Below are positions 27,988 to 38,269 of a DNA stretch of 64,000 nt, one piece after another (position 1 is the first letter of the stretch; each line of letters starts with the position of its first letter). The notes beneath the pieces were generated by a model. The model was not told where the DNA came from and searched no databases. It was given only the letters and a program-made list of their open reading frames with translations. The translations under genes and the position numbers were made by a program. Source of the DNA: Bdellovibrionota bacterium FG-1. GTDB lineage: Bacteria; Bdellovibrionota; UBA1018. The DNA is taken from contig JBBCAW010000018.1 of assembly GCA_051382295.1 (NCBI GenBank), forward strand, positions 1 to 64,000. Reading direction: 5' to 3'.

Positions 27988-29478
27988 ATGAATCAGTCCA
28001 CGGAAGCGACGCTCGCCACGAAGTCAAAAGTTGGTTTTTTTGCCTTCATGGGGCTAGTTTTGATCTGCGCCATGACGGTGTTTGTAAATGATAAGCCTTT
28101 TTGGTGGCGATCCTGCCAGTTGGTGCATATCAATATTGAAGACGGTACGGGACTGAAGTCCAAATCCCCCGTCAAATCTCTCGGGATTGAAATCGGGTAC
28201 CTCAAAACGGTCGATCTCAGTGAGACGCATGTGGATTTGGGGATCTGCATCACCGCCCCCGTGGAGGTTTTGTCTTCCACGCGCGCCTATATTCGGTCAG
28301 AGGGGTTTTTGGGCGATAAGTTTGTGGAGCTCAAACCGGTTAAGTATACGGGGCCTCGGTCTGCGGTTGTCTCCCCTCACGAAGAAAAGCACGCGCAGCT
28401 GCAAAGAGTTTGGGATGGTTTAATTCCCCCTGTTTATGCTGAGTCGGAGCCGTCTGCGACTCCTTCTGCGGTAGTTCCTGCGTCGATACCTAAGCGTCCG
28501 AATCCTGAGGATCAGACCGAAGGTCGTCAGATTCCGGTGGGGGAGCAAACGCAGGATATTCAACATTTGGTTCATCGCGTCGATACTCTGGTTAACGAGA
28601 TGACCAATCTCACAACGAATATACGTTCGGCGATCAACCCCGATGATCTGCGGTCGACCATGAAGCAGTTGAACAAAACCCTCGAAAACGCGTCACGTAC
28701 GTTGTCTCCCGAGGGGGGACTCAATCAGACGGCCCAGAGAACTCTAGCCAAACTCGAAGACGCCATTGAGCAACTCAGGGATCAACTCACGCGAACAAAT
28801 AAGGGTGAGGGATCGGTGGGGATGTTGCTGAACGACCCCTCTTATGCCGAAGAAATCAGGGAAGCGATTCGCAACGTCAATCATCTTCTTTCCAAGGTCA
28901 GCGGAGTTCGATTTGCAGTGAATTTAGGGGCTGAGCAAATCAATGCCTATAGCGGCGGACGGGGGTTTTTTCAGCTTCAGATTTACCCCAATCCTTCACG
29001 TTATTATTTGCTAGGGATTTCAATCGATCCGCGCGGTAAGGTGACTTCTCTGGCCACCACGACTTCGGCGGGCGGGTTGCTAACGCAGGTCGATACTCGT
29101 CAAGTCGAAGGTTCTGGGCTTTTGTTTACCGCGATGTTTGGTAAAATTTTTTTGGAACGTTTGGATTTATCGGTCGGAGCCCTCAATAACGATGGGACGA
29201 TCTCAACGGCTGTGAAGTTTGGACCTCACGGGCGCGAGGATTTGCTGATTTTTCGCAATGATCTCTATACGCGCGGTTCTGGTCTAGGGATGGATGATCG
29301 GGTGTCGTTGATTACTCAACCTTGGATTGGAAGCGGAAACCCTTGGTCCACACTCTACTTTAAGGCCGGCATTGAGGGCATGAAGGGTGTGCCGAACAAC
29401 GGCTTGATTCCGTGTTTTTATGGGGCTGGTGTGACCTTTGACGACGAAGATATTAAGATTCTCTTCACGCTTCGCTAA
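27988..29478 (+). CDS. MlaD/MCE-family protein
   Basis: TM, GLK.KSPV..GIEIG.., EGFLGDKFVEL; long helical region. Confidence 0.85.
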   Translation: MNQSTEATLATKSKVGFFAFMGLVLICAMTVFVNDKPFWWRSCQLVHINIEDGTGLKSKSPVKSLGIEIGYLKTVDLSETHVDLGICITAPVEVLSSTRAYIRSEGFLGDKFVELKPVKYTGPRSAVVSPHEEKHAQLQRVWDGLIPPVYAESEPSATPSAVVPASIPKRPNPEDQTEGRQIPVGEQTQDIQHLVHRVDTLVNEMTNLTTNIRSAINPDDLRSTMKQLNKTLENASRTLSPEGGLNQTAQRTLAKLEDAIEQLRDQLTRTNKGEGSVGMLLNDPSYAEEIREAIRNVNHLLSKVSGVRFAVNLGAEQINAYSGGRGFFQLQIYPNPSRYYLLGISIDPRGKVTSLATTTSAGGLLTQVDTRQVEGSGLLFTAMFGKIFLERLDLSVGALNNDGTISTAVKFGPHGREDLLIFRNDLYTRGSGLGMDDRVSLITQPWIGSGNPWSTLYFKAGIEGMKGVPNNGLIPCFYGAGVTFDDEDIKILFTLR

Positions 29479-29819
29479 CGAGGACTCGTTTCATTTAAAA
29501 ACGCGTGTAATGCCTCGATTTCCGCCTTGAGATGCGGAAGGGGCTGCATCACCTGAGTAACGCGTTTGGGCTGATATCCCGGCGGATACTGACCGGACAT
29601 CACGCGATTTCGAATTAATTCCAGTGAAGATCCCCAGATATCTGGACCGAGGGCTCCGGCTTGGTGCGGATCGCGATTGTGGCAGGCGGTGCAGTTCGTG
29701 AGATAAACCGTGCGGCCCCGTTCGGTTAACGCTTGTTGGGGTAAAAGAGCGGTCGAGGGCACCTTTTTGGAGGTGCACCCCGAAACCGCCATAATCAGGA
29801 TAAAAAGCCAGTTTTTCAT
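29475..29819 (-). CDS. Monoheme cytochrome c lipoprotein
   Basis: Lipobox VSGC; CTACH; distal Met. Confidence 0.85.
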   Translation of the reverse strand: MKNWLFILIMAVSGCTSKKVPSTALLPQQALTERGRTVYLTNCTACHNRDPHQAGALGPDIWGSSLELIRNRVMSGQYPPGYQPKRVTQVMQPLPHLKAEIEALHAFLNETSPR

Positions 29820-30520
29820 TTTGTCAAAACTTCAACCAGACCGTAGGTCAGCACTGTGAGCAAAAAGCCCATATGGATGACCCCACCGACTTTGGTCAGA
29901 GGTCCGAGCTTGCCTTTCAGGGCGTTGAGTTCAAGCAGGCCAATCACGACGAGCACGGCGATTGCCACGTTCATTAAATGAGCGGTTTCGCCGATATGGA
30001 TCGGAAGGTGGCTGGCGGCGCCCATGAAAAACAACATCGGGATCGAGAATAGGACGTTGGTTCGCGAAGCTAAAAGTGCGCGTGCGCCGCAGGCCGGAGC
30101 TTCAGGAAGAGCGGTGCCGCCTGAGGCTACTTGCGCGGCCGAACGAATCACCACTTTTTGGTTGGGCCAAATGATGAACCAGACGTTGGCCCACATCGTG
30201 AGGCCAAAGGCGGCACCGGTCAGAATTGCGATGCCCCAAGGCGTTGCATAAATGGCATGGCCATCGAGGTGGCCACGAATACCTAGATAGAGGACGCCCG
30301 TGATCATGGTAAACATCGCACCCCATCGAAACCAGGCGAGTGCTCGGGGCAAAAGCTTTTGAATGACCATAGATTTGGTGGGGCCGTCCGCTTCGGCCAT
30401 GAAAGCGCCTTGGACAAAATTAAAATAATAAAGCAGGCCGATCCAGACGATTCCAAAAAACAAATGGAACCAGCGAAACAGGAAAGTAACTCCATCCATG
30501 CTAAAAAGTGCGATATCCAT
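29816..30520 (-). CDS. Urate hydroxylase PuuD-type membrane protein
   Basis: FRWFHLFFGIVWIGLLYYFNFVQ, WFRW, NVWFIIWPNQK, SRTN. Confidence 0.8.
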   Translation of the reverse strand: MDIALFSMDGVTFLFRWFHLFFGIVWIGLLYYFNFVQGAFMAEADGPTKSMVIQKLLPRALAWFRWGAMFTMITGVLYLGIRGHLDGHAIYATPWGIAILTGAAFGLTMWANVWFIIWPNQKVVIRSAAQVASGGTALPEAPACGARALLASRTNVLFSIPMLFFMGAASHLPIHIGETAHLMNVAIAVLVVIGLLELNALKGKLGPLTKVGGVIHMGFLLTVLTYGLVEVLTK

Positions 30521-30646
30521 GATTACCCCATAAAATGTTGTTAAGTTTCTTCAGCTTATAGCACATGTTTACTCTGAGTCACGGGTATAATTTCTGATTG
30601 CTAATTGTTGACTTAATTGGTAAACTATTAGGGATCGGAGTGTCCT

Positions 30647-30946
30647 ATGCCAAAAACTTTGTTTCGCTTTGCGTGGTTGTTGCCAATGCTTCTGGCGCTG
30701 GGAAGTGATCTGGCATTAGCAAAAGCCAGTGATTCTGCAGCTCCTTCACCAAAGGACGCAGGGCTTTCTATTATTTCTTCTGCCAAGTTGAAGAGTCGGG
30801 TTGCTCAACCCGGGCGGTCCCCATCCAGCATGTTGGGGGCTCCTGATCGAGTCCAGACTCGAGCGACCCAGGTAGGCCCCTTGAGAATTGAACCGAATAC
30901 GGTTCCCCAGTCGTTTCGAGGTGCTTTGTCCGTCTATCCTCAGTGA
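30647..30946 (+). CDS. Hypothetical exported protein
   Basis: Signal peptide-like N-terminus; GGAG RBS. Confidence 0.45.
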   Translation: MPKTLFRFAWLLPMLLALGSDLALAKASDSAAPSPKDAGLSIISSAKLKSRVAQPGRSPSSMLGAPDRVQTRATQVGPLRIEPNTVPQSFRGALSVYPQ

Positions 30947-30973
30947 GTCTTCTTTCATTTTCGTCTTGGTTGC

Positions 30974-31678
30974 TTGCTGTGCGTCGTGATAGCTCGGTTG
31001 GCAATGCTAAGCTTTCAATTATTGATCAAGAGTGTGGTGTTCGTAGGTCTGTTGGGTGCAATCCAGGTGGCCAGGGCTGACGGCGGGCTCCCTTCGGATT
31101 TTGGCCCCATTTCGATCGATTCCTCCCGTCGTGAGCTTCAGAGTCGCATGATCGATTGGCAGGATGACCTCAAGGTGATCCAGACTCGGCGGGTTTTGGC
31201 CTGTACGATGGCCGGCGTCGAGGGCACTTTGGCCATGGGGCTCGGTAATGCTGTTCTTGCGGTGGAACTGCTCAAAAATCTGCCTCAATACTTGGGGTCC
31301 CTTCCTGATCCCATGGGCCCCGCGGCGCCCTTGAGTATTCCGTTGGCGGTATTGGCAGAGCATGTTCGTCTCACCGCAGATGAGGCCTCGGAGCTGGAGA
31401 GACTTCGAAACCGTGAGGTGATGGATGATTCTGATCGTATTCGACTCATCATCGACACCGAAGCTTGTTTGATGGGCATTTCGAAACGCCTGTATCAGGA
31501 TCAGATCGACTTTCATTTTGCGCGTACGGAAGGCGTCGTGAATGTATTCAGAGCTGATGCTGAGTATTGTGCCGCGTTTTCGATTCGAGCCGAACGAGAT
31601 CGCACGCTGACTCAAGCGGCGAACCGGATTTTGGCCTTTTATGATGAATTAGAGCGTCAATTAGCGGCGGATGAATAG
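30974..31678 (+). CDS. Hypothetical exported protein
   Basis: Long ORF with hydrophobic N-terminus, ends 9 bp before hisS. Confidence 0.5.
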   Translation: MLCVVIARLAMLSFQLLIKSVVFVGLLGAIQVARADGGLPSDFGPISIDSSRRELQSRMIDWQDDLKVIQTRRVLACTMAGVEGTLAMGLGNAVLAVELLKNLPQYLGSLPDPMGPAAPLSIPLAVLAEHVRLTADEASELERLRNREVMDDSDRIRLIIDTEACLMGISKRLYQDQIDFHFARTEGVVNVFRADAEYCAAFSIRAERDRTLTQAANRILAFYDELERQLAADE

Positions 31679-31687
31679 GGGTTTGAT

Positions 31688-32977
31688 ATGACTCAGCTTT
31701 CGACTCAACCCTACAAGGGAACTCGTGATTTTTACCCTGAAGACATGCGGATTCGGCAGTGGATGTTTAACAAGCTGCGCGAGGTCGTGGGCCGTTACGG
31801 TTATCAGGAATACGATGGTCCGATGCTCGAACCCTTTGACTTGTATGCGGCCAAGACGGGCGAGGAAATCGTCAATCAACAGCTTTATTGGCTGATGGAC
31901 CGCGGAGATCGCAAGCTAGCGGTGCGTCCCGAGATGACACCGACTTTGGCGCGAATGGTGGCTGCCAAAGTCCATGAGCTTTCCAAGCCTGTCCGATGGT
32001 ATTCGATTCCCAATTTGTGGCGGTATGAGCGGCCGCAGCGGGGACGGTTGCGTGAGCATTGGCAGCTCAACGTCGATGTTTTGGGTGGAGATCCGCTCAT
32101 GGCGGATGCTGAAATCTTGACCGTAGCGCTCGATTTGATGCGGGGTTTTGGCGGAGAAAAACATATTTCCATCAAGGTTAATAACCGTCGTTTGATGGAT
32201 CACTTTTTTAAGGACATCCTCGCGCTTTCGGCCGAAGTTGCGCTTGCCACCACTAAAGCGCTGGATGCGCGCGCCAAAATTGGTGAGCCCGCTTATGTGA
32301 AATGGCTGGAGGATTTGGGCGTGAATCCTGGGCAACGTGAAAAAATGGAAAGATTTTTTCTGGCGTCTTTTGATGAAGTGGCTCGGGACTATCCTTGCCG
32401 GGGGACCGAGGAGTTGGCTGAATTATTTCGGATGATGAAAGAATCCGGTGCCGGCGAACAAGTGAGTTTTGATGCGACTGTTCTGCGCGGGATGGATTAT
32501 TACACGGGCACCGTTTTTGAAATTTATGATGTTTCGCCCGAAAATCGGCGGGCCTTGTTTGGGGGCGGTCGATATGATGATCTGCTCGGTCTTTTCGGAA
32601 AAACCAAATTGCCCGGAGTGGGCTTTGGAATGGGCGACGTTGGATTGCAAAATTTTCTAGAGGTTCACGGACTGCTTCCCCAGTTTCCCGCCACGATTGA
32701 CGTTTTTGTGAGTCTTCCCCAAGTGGAGCTTCGGGCGCACGCCGAAAGGATCGCTCGTGAGTTGCGAAGCCACGGTTTGCGTGTGATCACGCCGCTCGAA
32801 GTCGGTGGCTTTGGTGCTCAGCTGAAACTGGCTTCGAAGCAGGGGGCTCGGTTTGCTATACTTTTTGGCGAGTCTGAGTTGGCTGAGGGAAAGGTTCTTG
32901 TCAAGGATCTGCTCAAAGGTGAGCAGGCCGCAGTGGCAATCGCGGCGGTGACTCAATATGTTCAAGATCAGATTTGA
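31688..32977 (+). CDS. hisS: Histidine--tRNA ligase
   Basis: KGTRDFYP, RPEMTP, RYERPQRGRLREH.Q, RGMDYYTG, GGGRYD. Confidence 0.97.
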   Translation: MTQLSTQPYKGTRDFYPEDMRIRQWMFNKLREVVGRYGYQEYDGPMLEPFDLYAAKTGEEIVNQQLYWLMDRGDRKLAVRPEMTPTLARMVAAKVHELSKPVRWYSIPNLWRYERPQRGRLREHWQLNVDVLGGDPLMADAEILTVALDLMRGFGGEKHISIKVNNRRLMDHFFKDILALSAEVALATTKALDARAKIGEPAYVKWLEDLGVNPGQREKMERFFLASFDEVARDYPCRGTEELAELFRMMKESGAGEQVSFDATVLRGMDYYTGTVFEIYDVSPENRRALFGGGRYDDLLGLFGKTKLPGVGFGMGDVGLQNFLEVHGLLPQFPATIDVFVSLPQVELRAHAERIARELRSHGLRVITPLEVGGFGAQLKLASKQGARFAILFGESELAEGKVLVKDLLKGEQAAVAIAAVTQYVQDQI

Positions 32978-32986
32978 GGTGGCACT

Positions 32987-33406
32987 TTGCTCGAAATTTT
33001 GAAGCTTTCCCCTGATGCTGTGTGTCCTAATCGTGCTCATCCTGACGATGCTGGTCTGGATCTTTATGGAATTGAAGAGATCATTTTGTCACCAGGTCAG
33101 GGCAAAGTGGCACGCACTGGGATCGCAATAGCACTAGCTGGTGGTTATGTGGGTCTGGTTTCCGATCGTTCTTCTTTAGCAAAAAAGGGAATCAAGACGG
33201 CAGGAGGCGTGATTGACGCTGGGTATCGAGGTGAGTTGCAAATTGTTTTGTGGAATCTTTCGGGTGAGACAGTTCGTTTGTGCGCGGGTGAACGCATTGC
33301 GCAACTGCTGATCATGCCGATTGTAACTCCGCAGGCTTACGAGGTTTCGAGCTTTGAAGCTGCCACTGAACGGGGTGATAGGGGATTTGGAAGTTCCGGC
33401 AAATAA
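32987..33406 (+). CDS. dut: dUTP diphosphatase
   Basis: AGLDL, RSSLA, GVIDAGYRGE, RIAQL, RGDRGFGSSG. Confidence 0.95.
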   Translation: MLEILKLSPDAVCPNRAHPDDAGLDLYGIEEIILSPGQGKVARTGIAIALAGGYVGLVSDRSSLAKKGIKTAGGVIDAGYRGELQIVLWNLSGETVRLCAGERIAQLLIMPIVTPQAYEVSSFEAATERGDRGFGSSGK

Positions 33407-33913
33407 GGATAGGGAGTGGGGGCGAAAAAATGTGGCCCGAAGGGCGAACCTGTTAAACCTCCGGGCCACGGTGAGGAGCCCAGCTCCACACAGAAGCCCA
33501 CTAATGCATCTAGTGTGCCTAAGCACAGTGTTGAGAAAATTATCGGAGACTGCTGGGAAGGCGGTCTTCGGAGGGGCGCAGCAGATTCAGGCCTGAAAGA
33601 GGACTGCCATAAATGAATGAATCAGGAGTGCGCGTGGCGCTCCAAAAGATGGAGTTGGGTGTCGCGGTGTGGTCGAGGGCAACCCAACCCAAGGCGAGGG
33701 CAACAAGCGCAGTCCAGAGTAACTGGGCATTGGCTTGTTTTCCAAAGGTCAGGTTGTTTTTTTGATTCGGTGATCTGGTCACACTTTGATTTTAGACAAA
33801 GCAACGGGCAGAGCACAACTGTGTCTCACATGACTGAATACCTTTTTTTGGAGTCCGGATTTTTTCAAGAAATTCGGTTGATTTTGCCTCATGAGCCGAC
33901 AATCATCATCGGC

Positions 33914-35908
33914 ATGCCCGCAGTGAATATATTGATCGTGGATGATCGTGAAGATAACTTGGCGGCCTTTAACGCTATTCTGAGTGGTGAGGGGTATTGC
34001 CTGGTGAATGCGACATCGGGCGAACAAGCGTTGGCTCTTGCGGTTGACCGCGATTTTGCAGTGGTTTTAATGGATGTGCAAATGCCTGGCATGGATGGCC
34101 TGGAGACCTCACGTCGGTTGCGGTCTCTTGATCGTTCGCAAACTACGCCGGTCATCCTTTTAACCGGTATGTTTCCGGATGAAACGCATATTCGGCTGGG
34201 CTACGAAGTCGGGGCCGTTGATTTTATTTCGAAACCTTACGATCCTCGGATTCTTAAATCCAAGGTGGCCGTTTTTGTTGATCTATTTCGAAAAACTGAA
34301 ACGATTCGGCGGCAAGAACAACTTTTACACGAAGCCTCTGAAAGTCGATTTAGGACGATTTTTGAGCAGTCGCCATTGGCAATCCAATTGTTTTCGCTCG
34401 AAGCCCAGTGTGTTGAAGTGAATGAGGCATGGGGTAAGCTTTGGGGAAAAAATGCCCCTCATGTCTTTCCTCCCCTGGCAGAGGCTCTTCATCAGGCTCT
34501 GGGGGGGCAATCCATTCATCTCCCTCCGATTGAACATCGGGGACGATGGGTCGAAGCCTTTGTTTATCCCGTCTTAAACGAGCGGGGACGGGTACGCGAA
34601 GTGGCCGTGATTTTGGATGATGTGAGCGATCGCAAAGAGGTCGAAACTCGTCAACGGCGTTTGGAGGAGAACGAACGCCTCTTATCTGATGCTACTGCCG
34701 CTTTGGCGGCTTCGCTTGATTTTCGGGGGGCTTTGGCGCGGGTGGTGGAACTTGTTACAAAAAACATCGCTGATTTTTGCAGTATTGTGCTGATGAATGA
34801 ACAGGGCGAGTTGGATCGAGTGGCTTATTCATTAAAGGGTCCGGCTTTGAGTCCAAAACTTCAACATTTTTGGGCGAGTGATCCTCTTTATTCGGAAACT
34901 TATGTTCCGATGAAACAAGTCATGAAAACGGGTGAGACTTTGTTGATCCAAGATGGCATTGAGCCCGTCTACAGTGCTGAAAATTCTCGTTTGGTTGAGT
35001 CGTTGGCCCAAATGGGGCTGCGCTCGGTGATTTCGGTTCCTATTCGAGGGCGTGAGAAGGTGTATGGCGTGATTGGAGTCATGTCTTTTAAAGAAAGTAG
35101 GATCTACGACAAGGGTGATGTCGCCTTGATTGAGGAACTCGGACGACGGGCCGGAATGGCGGTTGAAAACTCTTTGCTTTACGCGGAGGCTGAGTCGCAG
35201 CGAAAGAGGCTGCAAAAGGCCGTCCAAGCGCGCGATGAGTTTATCTCGATTGCCAGCCACGAACTCAAGACTCCGGTCACGTCACTGGTTTTGCATGCTG
35301 ATATTGCCGCGATACAGTTTGAGCGCGCGCCCCTCGAAAAATTGCGGGAATTAGCTTTGCGTTTTATCACGCTCGCGAGCTTACAAATGGATCGCTTGTC
35401 TCGTTTGATTGACGAAATGTTGGACGTTTCACGGATCGAAAACGGTAAATTGACGATGAATTTTGAGATGATTGATTTGAGTGCGTTAGTGCGCAGCGGA
35501 GTGGAGGAATTTACGGAACAGCTCAAAGAAAATGGGGTGAAGATTTCTCTGAGTATTGAAGCCCCGGTGCTTTGTCGATGTGATCGTTATCGAATGGAGC
35601 AAGTGCTGACCAATCTTTTTACCAATGCGCTCAAATACGGAGCAGGAAAGCCGATTGAGATTCAAGTGGGGGTGGCGCAGAAAAATGCTCTGATTCAGGT
35701 CAAGGATCACGGTATTGGAATCGCGGCGCCGGATCATCGGCGTATTTTTGAGCGCTTTGAAAGGGCCGTTACGCCCCATTTGGTGGGCGGTCTGGGCCTT
35801 GGGCTATACATCGTAAAAAATATTGTCGAGGCTCACGATGGGACCATTTCGGTGCAAAGCGAGTTGGGTCAGGGCGCGATGTTTACCGTGAGTTTACCCT
35901 TGGCGTAA
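33914..35908 (+). CDS. Hybrid sensor kinase REC-PAS-GAF-HisKA-HATPase
   Basis: NILIVDD; PAS; GAF; SHELKTP; NALKY; GLGLGL. Start placed at MPAVNIL. Confidence 0.9.
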   Translation: MPAVNILIVDDREDNLAAFNAILSGEGYCLVNATSGEQALALAVDRDFAVVLMDVQMPGMDGLETSRRLRSLDRSQTTPVILLTGMFPDETHIRLGYEVGAVDFISKPYDPRILKSKVAVFVDLFRKTETIRRQEQLLHEASESRFRTIFEQSPLAIQLFSLEAQCVEVNEAWGKLWGKNAPHVFPPLAEALHQALGGQSIHLPPIEHRGRWVEAFVYPVLNERGRVREVAVILDDVSDRKEVETRQRRLEENERLLSDATAALAASLDFRGALARVVELVTKNIADFCSIVLMNEQGELDRVAYSLKGPALSPKLQHFWASDPLYSETYVPMKQVMKTGETLLIQDGIEPVYSAENSRLVESLAQMGLRSVISVPIRGREKVYGVIGVMSFKESRIYDKGDVALIEELGRRAGMAVENSLLYAEAESQRKRLQKAVQARDEFISIASHELKTPVTSLVLHADIAAIQFERAPLEKLRELALRFITLASLQMDRLSRLIDEMLDVSRIENGKLTMNFEMIDLSALVRSGVEEFTEQLKENGVKISLSIEAPVLCRCDRYRMEQVLTNLFTNALKYGAGKPIEIQVGVAQKNALIQVKDHGIGIAAPDHRRIFERFERAVTPHLVGGLGLGLYIVKNIVEAHDGTISVQSELGQGAMFTVSLPLA

Positions 35909-37197
35909 CGGGCGATGATTTCGCGTGTGCTGGTATCCGAATCATAAACACCATACCATCCTTGAAACTCATGTGGAGGATCTCCGGTAAACGGCGCACC
36001 TGGATTCCAGATTCCTCCAAAGGGTGGTATTGGGCGTCCTTCGCCGGCCCATGCCCAAAAGCCAATGCCACCCACTGCCTCGCCGTGGGCTGCCGCCTGC
36101 CATACGATTTCAAAAAGAGCCTGATAATACCGATCTCTCATGGCAGTGGAGGCTTGGGGTGAAAAACTTCCGTCATCCCGTGCTAAGCCAAATTCTTCAA
36201 TGACGAGCGGTTTATTCAGCTTTTTGGCCTTATTGAGGTGATCGTGTAAGTAGGCCGTTGCGCGCTGAAGCGCATCGCCGTAGGTGCCTTCGGCGTGGGT
36301 TGGGTCGTACCAGCCCCAGTTTTGCGCCCAAATGTGAGCGGTGGCGTAATCGATGTTCAGCGGACTGTGGTTAGTGACGAAGTCAACGCCGGAGGCGATT
36401 GGCCAAGGGGTTTCGCCTTCGGTGCCAGTGGTAATGAGATGGCGCGGGTCGAGGGCTCGAATGAACGACGAGGTCTTTTCGATCCATGATTGAAAGGCTT
36501 GGGTTTGATTGACCCCACGGGGTTCGTTGGCTAATTGCCAAGCCATGATGGTGGGGTCATCCGTATATTTGAGTCCAGTGCGACCGTTGGTTCGGGTCAC
36601 GATCATGCGAATGAAATTTTCGGCCGCATGCAGGGCTTGGGGCGTGGTGTAAAACCGTGCGGTATATTTCTGGTAGGTATCCCAGCTTCCTTCCGGGGCG
36701 GGAGGCGGATAGGGAATGGGCCCTGCGCCAAACCAATTGAGGTATTGCGCCATTCCGCCGGACCAAGGCCAAAAATTGTTCAGGCAAAGCACCGCGCGAA
36801 AGTTGCGCTTACCCATTTCTTCGAGCAAAAAGTCGAGACCATCGAGGAGTTCAGGATTGAAAACTCCCGGGGAAGGTTGAAGGGTTGGAACGATTCGCCA
36901 AGGCTGGTGGTCGGGACCTTCGCTGGCCGCTAAAATACGCAGGTGAGTGACACCTATGGCTGCCAGGCGATCGAGTTCGCGTATGAGTCTGGGGCGGTCT
37001 CCACCGATCCCAGAGGACCCTAGGTTCATCCCGTACCAGAGGTTGGCGCTGACAAAGCGATAGGGAGCCCCGTCGATTTCAAAGTGGGTGTCGCGCACGC
37101 GGACCCAGGGGCGTTGCGCTGCGGATGCGTCAGTGGCGAGAAGCGTAAAACAAAGGACCAGGGCAAAGCACTTTGAGATTTGTCTCAAAGGGAGCAT
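35869..37197 (-). CDS. Secreted GH5 beta-mannanase/mannosidase
   Basis: Signal peptide; WSGGMAQY; WQLANEPR (acid/base); IEEFG (nucleophile). Confidence 0.88.
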   Translation of the reverse strand: MLPLRQISKCFALVLCFTLLATDASAAQRPWVRVRDTHFEIDGAPYRFVSANLWYGMNLGSSGIGGDRPRLIRELDRLAAIGVTHLRILAASEGPDHQPWRIVPTLQPSPGVFNPELLDGLDFLLEEMGKRNFRAVLCLNNFWPWSGGMAQYLNWFGAGPIPYPPPAPEGSWDTYQKYTARFYTTPQALHAAENFIRMIVTRTNGRTGLKYTDDPTIMAWQLANEPRGVNQTQAFQSWIEKTSSFIRALDPRHLITTGTEGETPWPIASGVDFVTNHSPLNIDYATAHIWAQNWGWYDPTHAEGTYGDALQRATAYLHDHLNKAKKLNKPLVIEEFGLARDDGSFSPQASTAMRDRYYQALFEIVWQAAAHGEAVGGIGFWAWAGEGRPIPPFGGIWNPGAPFTGDPPHEFQGWYGVYDSDTSTREIIARYAKGKLTVNIAP

Positions 37198-37246
37198 GGG
37201 GTTGAATAGGGTTGTTCGGGTAGGGTGAATGTCATATGATCTCCTG

Positions 37247-38266
37247 TCAGTAACTGTGTTTCTCGATGACTACTCGTTTCCGAAAAGTCCAGTAGACGAT
37301 GGTCGTATAAGCGAGGACCAGCGGCATCCCGATCCCTGCGATGACCAGCATGAACTTCAGGGTCTTGATGCTGGATGCCGCGCGATAGAGGGTGAGGCTG
37401 TTTTCCGGGACATTGCTCGCGGTGACCAGGTTAGGCCAAAGGGCGAGGCCAAAAAGGCCAACCAGCGCCACGATGGCGATGCAGCTCGAAAGGAAAGCCT
37501 GGCCGGGAAGGTTGCGGTAAGTCGCCCGGGGAATGTTTGCCACGGTCAAGATATTCACAACAATCAGGAGTGTCGCCCCAGGGTTTTGATCAAAGTTCGG
37601 AACCGCGTGATGAATCTTCACCAGAGTGAAGATCGTTGCGAGCATGTAGAGTACCAGAAAGGCTCCCCAAGAATGCCAGATCCAATCCTTCATGCGGACA
37701 TGAAGATCCCCCACCGGAATTTTCAAGTTAAGATAGAGGGCTCCATGCATGGCGAACATCGCCACGGTCAATAAGCCCAGGAGAATCGGATAGGGGCCAA
37801 AAAGGTCATCAAAAGTACCGATAAATACTCCCCGTGCATCCAGTGGAATGCCCAGAATCGAATTGCCGATGGCGACGCCCAAGAGGAACGTCGCCACGAG
37901 GCTTGAAAGAAAAAAGATACGATCCCATGTGGTCCGCCAAACCGTGGATTGCCGCTTGCTGCGGAATTCAATCGAAACCGCACGAAAAATCAAAGCGCAA
38001 AGAAGGACCATGAAAGGCATGTAGAATCCAGAAAAGGCCGTTGCGTAGGCTTCCGGAAAAGCCGCAAATAGGGCGCCCCCAAATGCAACCAGCCAAACTT
38101 CGTTTCCGTCCCAGATAGGGCCGATGGCGTTCAAAAAAATGCGTCGATCATGGTCGGTGCGCGCGAGCAGATGCAGGATTCCGACCCCCAGGTCAAAACC
38201 ATCTAAAACCGCATACCCGGCCAGAAGGGCCCCTAAGAGAAGAAACCAGGCGGTTTGCAGGTCCAT
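37247..38266 (-). CDS. cydB: Cytochrome bd oxidase subunit II
   Basis: LDGFDLGVG, PIWDGNEVWL. Confidence 0.95.
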   Translation of the reverse strand: MDLQTAWFLLLGALLAGYAVLDGFDLGVGILHLLARTDHDRRIFLNAIGPIWDGNEVWLVAFGGALFAAFPEAYATAFSGFYMPFMVLLCALIFRAVSIEFRSKRQSTVWRTTWDRIFFLSSLVATFLLGVAIGNSILGIPLDARGVFIGTFDDLFGPYPILLGLLTVAMFAMHGALYLNLKIPVGDLHVRMKDWIWHSWGAFLVLYMLATIFTLVKIHHAVPNFDQNPGATLLIVVNILTVANIPRATYRNLPGQAFLSSCIAIVALVGLFGLALWPNLVTASNVPENSLTLYRAASSIKTLKFMLVIAGIGMPLVLAYTTIVYWTFRKRVVIEKHSY

Positions 38267-38269
38267 GAG

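Noticed and set aside
33416..33913. Short ORFs (33416-33616 +, 33540-33782 -) and the 99-aa N-terminal extension of the kinase
   Set aside because: No recognisable motifs; mutually overlapping; kinase homology starts at the REC domain
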